Origin: a bacterium
GTDB lineage: Bacteria > Hinthialibacterota > Hinthialibacteria > Hinthialibacterales > Hinthialibacteraceae
Length of the DNA: 15,305 bases
Direction: 5' to 3'
NCBI GenBank assembly: GCA_041946805.1
Contig: JBHGBC010000149.1
Span: forward strand, 1 to 15,305
Below are positions 9,778 through 15,305 of the stretch, piece after piece (position 1 is the first letter of the stretch; every line of letters begins with the position of its first letter). A model generated the notes under the pieces. The model made no database searches and was not told where the DNA came from. It saw nothing but the letters and a program-made list of their open reading frames with translations. Position numbers and translations under genes: made by a program.

Positions 9778-10353
9778 TTATGGCCGCAGGCCGTGGTTGG
9801 AGGAATAGAGGTCGCCCTTGGAGAGCAGGCCGTTGGTGGCGGTATAGGCGACGCGCCAAGCCTGGTCGTGGGGGTAACTCCAGCCTTCCTGGTCGAGCTT
9901 GTCCGGGCCCAGGCTGGTGATCGTGAAGGTGGTGTTGCTGGGCCGCCAGGCGGCGTTTTGCAGCGACCAGGGCGGCCCTGCGTATTGGTACAGAGGCAAC
10001 ACCTTGATGTGCCGCAGGCGGCCGGCGGGTCCGAGGAAAAACGGGTCCATGGGAATGGAACTCATGTAGCCGATGGGAGTGGTCAGTTCGGCGTAGGTCA
10101 TGATTTCGTTCCCGGGCCCGGGAATCGACACGCCGGGAACCTGGTTGCTGTCGTAGTCGGGGGGATAGGCGTTGTGGTCGACGTAATAGGCCATCAGGGC
10201 GGTGTTCAGGGCCTTGAGGTCGGCGAAGGCGCGGGCCACCGTGGCGCGGATCTGCGCGTTCAGGAAATTGGGAACGGCGATGGCGGCCAGGATGCCGATG
10301 ATGGCGACGACGATCAGCAATTCGATCAAGGTAAAGGACGCGGCCGGTTGCAT
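9778..10353 (-). CDS. Prepilin-type N-terminal cleavage/methylation domain protein (PulG/pseudopilin-like), 191 aa
   Basis: MQPAAS|FTLIELLIVVAIIGILAAIAVPNFLNAQIRA..ADLKAL..ALMAYYVDHNAYP, then LTTPIGY..IPMDPF and SLGPD. Start at ATG 10353, preceded by GGAAGAAG. Confidence 0.9.
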   Translation of the reverse strand: MQPAASFTLIELLIVVAIIGILAAIAVPNFLNAQIRATVARAFADLKALNTALMAYYVDHNAYPPDYDSNQVPGVSIPGPGNEIMTYAELTTPIGYMSSIPMDPFFLGPAGRLRHIKVLPLYQYAGPPWSLQNAAWRPSNTTFTITSLGPDKLDQEGWSYPHDQAWRVAYTATNGLLSKGDLYSSNHGLRP

Positions 10354-10594
10354 GCGCGTTTCTTCTTCCGTGAAGGAAATGAGACACTCGAGATAAGGTG
10401 TCATTCTATCATGGAGAAACAAGCCGTGTCTCGCGGATTGGGGTGGAATGGAGGGGAAATGAGCGGGGGGGGATGTTCCAGGAATTTCCCCTTGGCTCAA
10501 TTCCGGCCGCCCTTCCGGGGCTGGAGGCACATCCGGGGCGTTGCTTCCGGCTAATCAGCGGAGGTTACTCCCGCGGAGCGCGGTCAATGGCCTT

Positions 10595-10629
10595 GATGCG
10601 TTGCGCGCCGCGGGCTCATCCATCCTGCG
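10595..10629 (-). repeat. Degenerate GTAG-type REP-like element
   Basis: Minus strand CGCAGGATGGATGAGCCCGCGGCGCGCAACGCATC resembles GTAGGATGGGT...GCGCAACCCATC-type REPs. Confidence 0.35.
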
Positions 10630-10644
10630 CGGCTCCAGAGGAAG

Positions 10645-10680
10645 CCTCCCTCCCAATCTTCCCCTCCACCGGGGGGAAGA
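10645..10680 (+). repeat. PIT-like repeat, copy C (pyrimidine tail plus hairpin)
   Basis: CCTCCCTCCC-AA-TCTTCCCCTC-cacc-GGGGGGAAGA: 10-bp stem with one T.G pair and the same architecture as copy B. Confidence 0.55.
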
Positions 10681-10832
10681 AGCACGGTTGCAGGCTTAAG
10701 CAAAAAAATGGCTATGCTTGCGAGATTCCGCGGATTTTGCGGGGAAACCGGCTGTGCTTGTTCACAACCGGGTCCGGGGCTGATAGGATATCCGGTTTGG
10801 TATCGCCGAAACTTCTGGAAAGGATTCCATCC

Positions 10833-14036
<3,204 letters not shown>

Positions 14037-14062
14037 AACCGAAATCCCGTGATCTTTGGATA

Positions 14063-14974
14063 TCACCACGCCACTAGACGGCACTCGGGAATAAAATAGG
14101 TACCATTCCGATCCCAGGATTTGGCGTACCAAACAGGTCCCGTGCCGTTCCTCGCGCACCCGCACATGGCGTACCGGTTTCCGTTGGAATCCCGCAGGAA
14201 AAAATGACAGCCCGGCTGCGAGGGATCCGGTGTTTCGTCGCACAAATACCCTTTGATCGTCCATTGATTGTTCAGCTGGACCGATCGCAAGATTTGGTTT
14301 CCTACTTCTTTGTAGAAGCCCGCGAGAAAACAGCCCAAACAACGGATCGGTTCGGGGAGCAGTTTGGGGTGGCCGCTCCGGGACAATCTCATGGCCTCCA
14401 TTTCCGCGTACATGCCCGAGGTGAAGACCGGCAGGACGCGTTGGGCGCGCTCCACGTAGACACCATGTTCCTCATATTTGCTGCAGGCTACGAGAGAGGC
14501 ATCCTCGTCAAGCCGGCCGAGCAGCCACCAATACTCACAAGTGTTTTCCCGCGAAGGTTCCGGCGTGCTCAAGTCGGTATCCATTTCGACTTTGAGGTAA
14601 TGTTGAAACGTATCCCAACGGCCGTACTCATCGATCATCATCCAGAGCCGGTCCGCGGCTTTCGCGAAGAAGGCGGCGATCCGCGGGTCCTGTTCCGTGA
14701 CCGGCCAGATTCCATGAATTTTGGACGGAGGGGGCGGGAAATGAATGCGCCCGATCATCACCGTGCCCATGACTTCCGGTTCCTGACGCAAAATCGCCTG
14801 GGACGTTTCATTGGCGATTTTCGGCAGATCTTTTTCCGCCACGCCCGCCACGAAACATACTCCCGGTGCGGTCTTGTAATACAGCACGAGGATCGAGTCG
14901 ACGAAAGAGAGGTGGTAGAGATCGAGGGATTCGGAACGCATCAACCATTCCCGGTTCACGTCAACCTGCCGCAT
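14063..14974 (-). CDS. Hypothetical protein, 303 aa, Cys/Trp-rich
   Basis: Strong SD GGAGG 9 nt upstream of the ATG. Protein-like composition, fills the space convergent with carB. No family recognised. Confidence 0.75.
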   Translation of the reverse strand: MRQVDVNREWLMRSESLDLYHLSFVDSILVLYYKTAPGVCFVAGVAEKDLPKIANETSQAILRQEPEVMGTVMIGRIHFPPPPSKIHGIWPVTEQDPRIAAFFAKAADRLWMMIDEYGRWDTFQHYLKVEMDTDLSTPEPSRENTCEYWWLLGRLDEDASLVACSKYEEHGVYVERAQRVLPVFTSGMYAEMEAMRLSRSGHPKLLPEPIRCLGCFLAGFYKEVGNQILRSVQLNNQWTIKGYLCDETPDPSQPGCHFFLRDSNGNRYAMCGCARNGTGPVWYAKSWDRNGTYFIPECRLVAW

Positions 14975-15155
14975 GGTGGATTTCCTCCCTGGATGCCCGG
15001 CCCCGCCGGGCGCGAATGGATGCGGGCTCCCTGCAATTCCATGATGTGATTTCCCTTAAAGATCTGTGATTTCTTGAATTCATTCATTTCCTATTTAAAG
15101 TTTCCAGCCGAACAGATACCGTAAGAACCGGATTACCGGATGGTAATATCCCGCT

Positions 15156-15305
15156 TTACGTTTCAGACGCCGTTCCCAGTTGGTTTGCAAACGCAGGGGT
15201 TTGGTGAGGGCATAATAACCAGTGGCTTTTTTTAGACGCCGTTTGGCCCGGGTGCGGGTCCGGCGAGGTCCGGAAGATGATCTCCGGCTTCGGGATCGGC
15301 GGCGG
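15156..15305 (-). CDS. Possible 3' end of a gene entering from the right edge (…PPPIPKPEIIFRTSPDPHPGQTAS…TASET*)
   Basis: The first 20 codons of this frame all end in G/C, as expected for coding sequence in this genome. Stop TAA at 15158-15156. Too short to identify, and another frame stopping at 15232 is possible. Confidence 0.3.
   Translation of the reverse strand, partial: PPPIPKPEIIFRTSPDPHPGQTASKKSHWLLCPHQTPAFANQLGTASET

Noticed and set aside
10354..10530. 59-aa N-terminal extension of the pilin-like ORF
   Set aside because: Class III leaders are short, ATG 10353 has a purine-rich SD, and the extension spans a G-rich repeat-like tract.
10631..10646. Possible PyrR-binding loop upstream of carB (GGCTCCAGAGGAAGCC)
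   Set aside because: Only TCCAGAG matches. It lacks the full AGTCCNGNGAGGYT consensus and a downstream terminator/antiterminator, and lies upstream of the likely promoter.
10398..10832. 145-aa N-terminal extension of CarB (possible fusion)
   Set aside because: It crosses repeats and promoter-like DNA with no domain character. The canonical MPKR start has its own SD at 10833.
14204..15049. 281-aa + strand ORF
   Set aside because: It is antisense to the 303-aa ORF, which has the strong SD and more protein-like composition.
15161..15243. CRISPR mini-array or Neisseria-type DNA uptake sequence
   Set aside because: There are only two 14-bp units with a 55-bp gap and no cas genes. The DUS match is imperfect and not repeated elsewhere.

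Overview
High-GC bacterial chromosomal window of mostly unlinked single genes. In order: (-) a 3'-truncated ATP-dependent PEP carboxykinase pckA (absent from the ORF track, which shows only its antisense shadow); (-) an LPG_synthase_TM/flippase-like membrane protein; (+) a stand-alone elongation factor G (fusA) outside the str operon, with a strong terminator; (+) a secreted GH127-like glycoside hydrolase with Fn3-like and LamG domains; (+) a CDF metal transporter; (-) a prepilin/pseudopilin-type N-methylation protein; (+) a carbamoyl-phosphate synthase large subunit carB with no carA nearby; (-) a Cys/Trp-rich hypothetical protein. I found no rRNA, tRNA, CRISPR array, transposase or integrase, and no clear novel multi-gene system. 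The best leads are: (1) an orphan CarB whose CarA-contact motif is replaced while the catalytic motifs are intact; (2) dispersed BoxC/PIT-like intrastrand-triplex repeats and REP-like hairpins in the intergenic regions, two of which flank the extra fusA in inverted orientation; (3) the unknown 303-aa protein. All family calls come from motif recognition by eye, not database searches.
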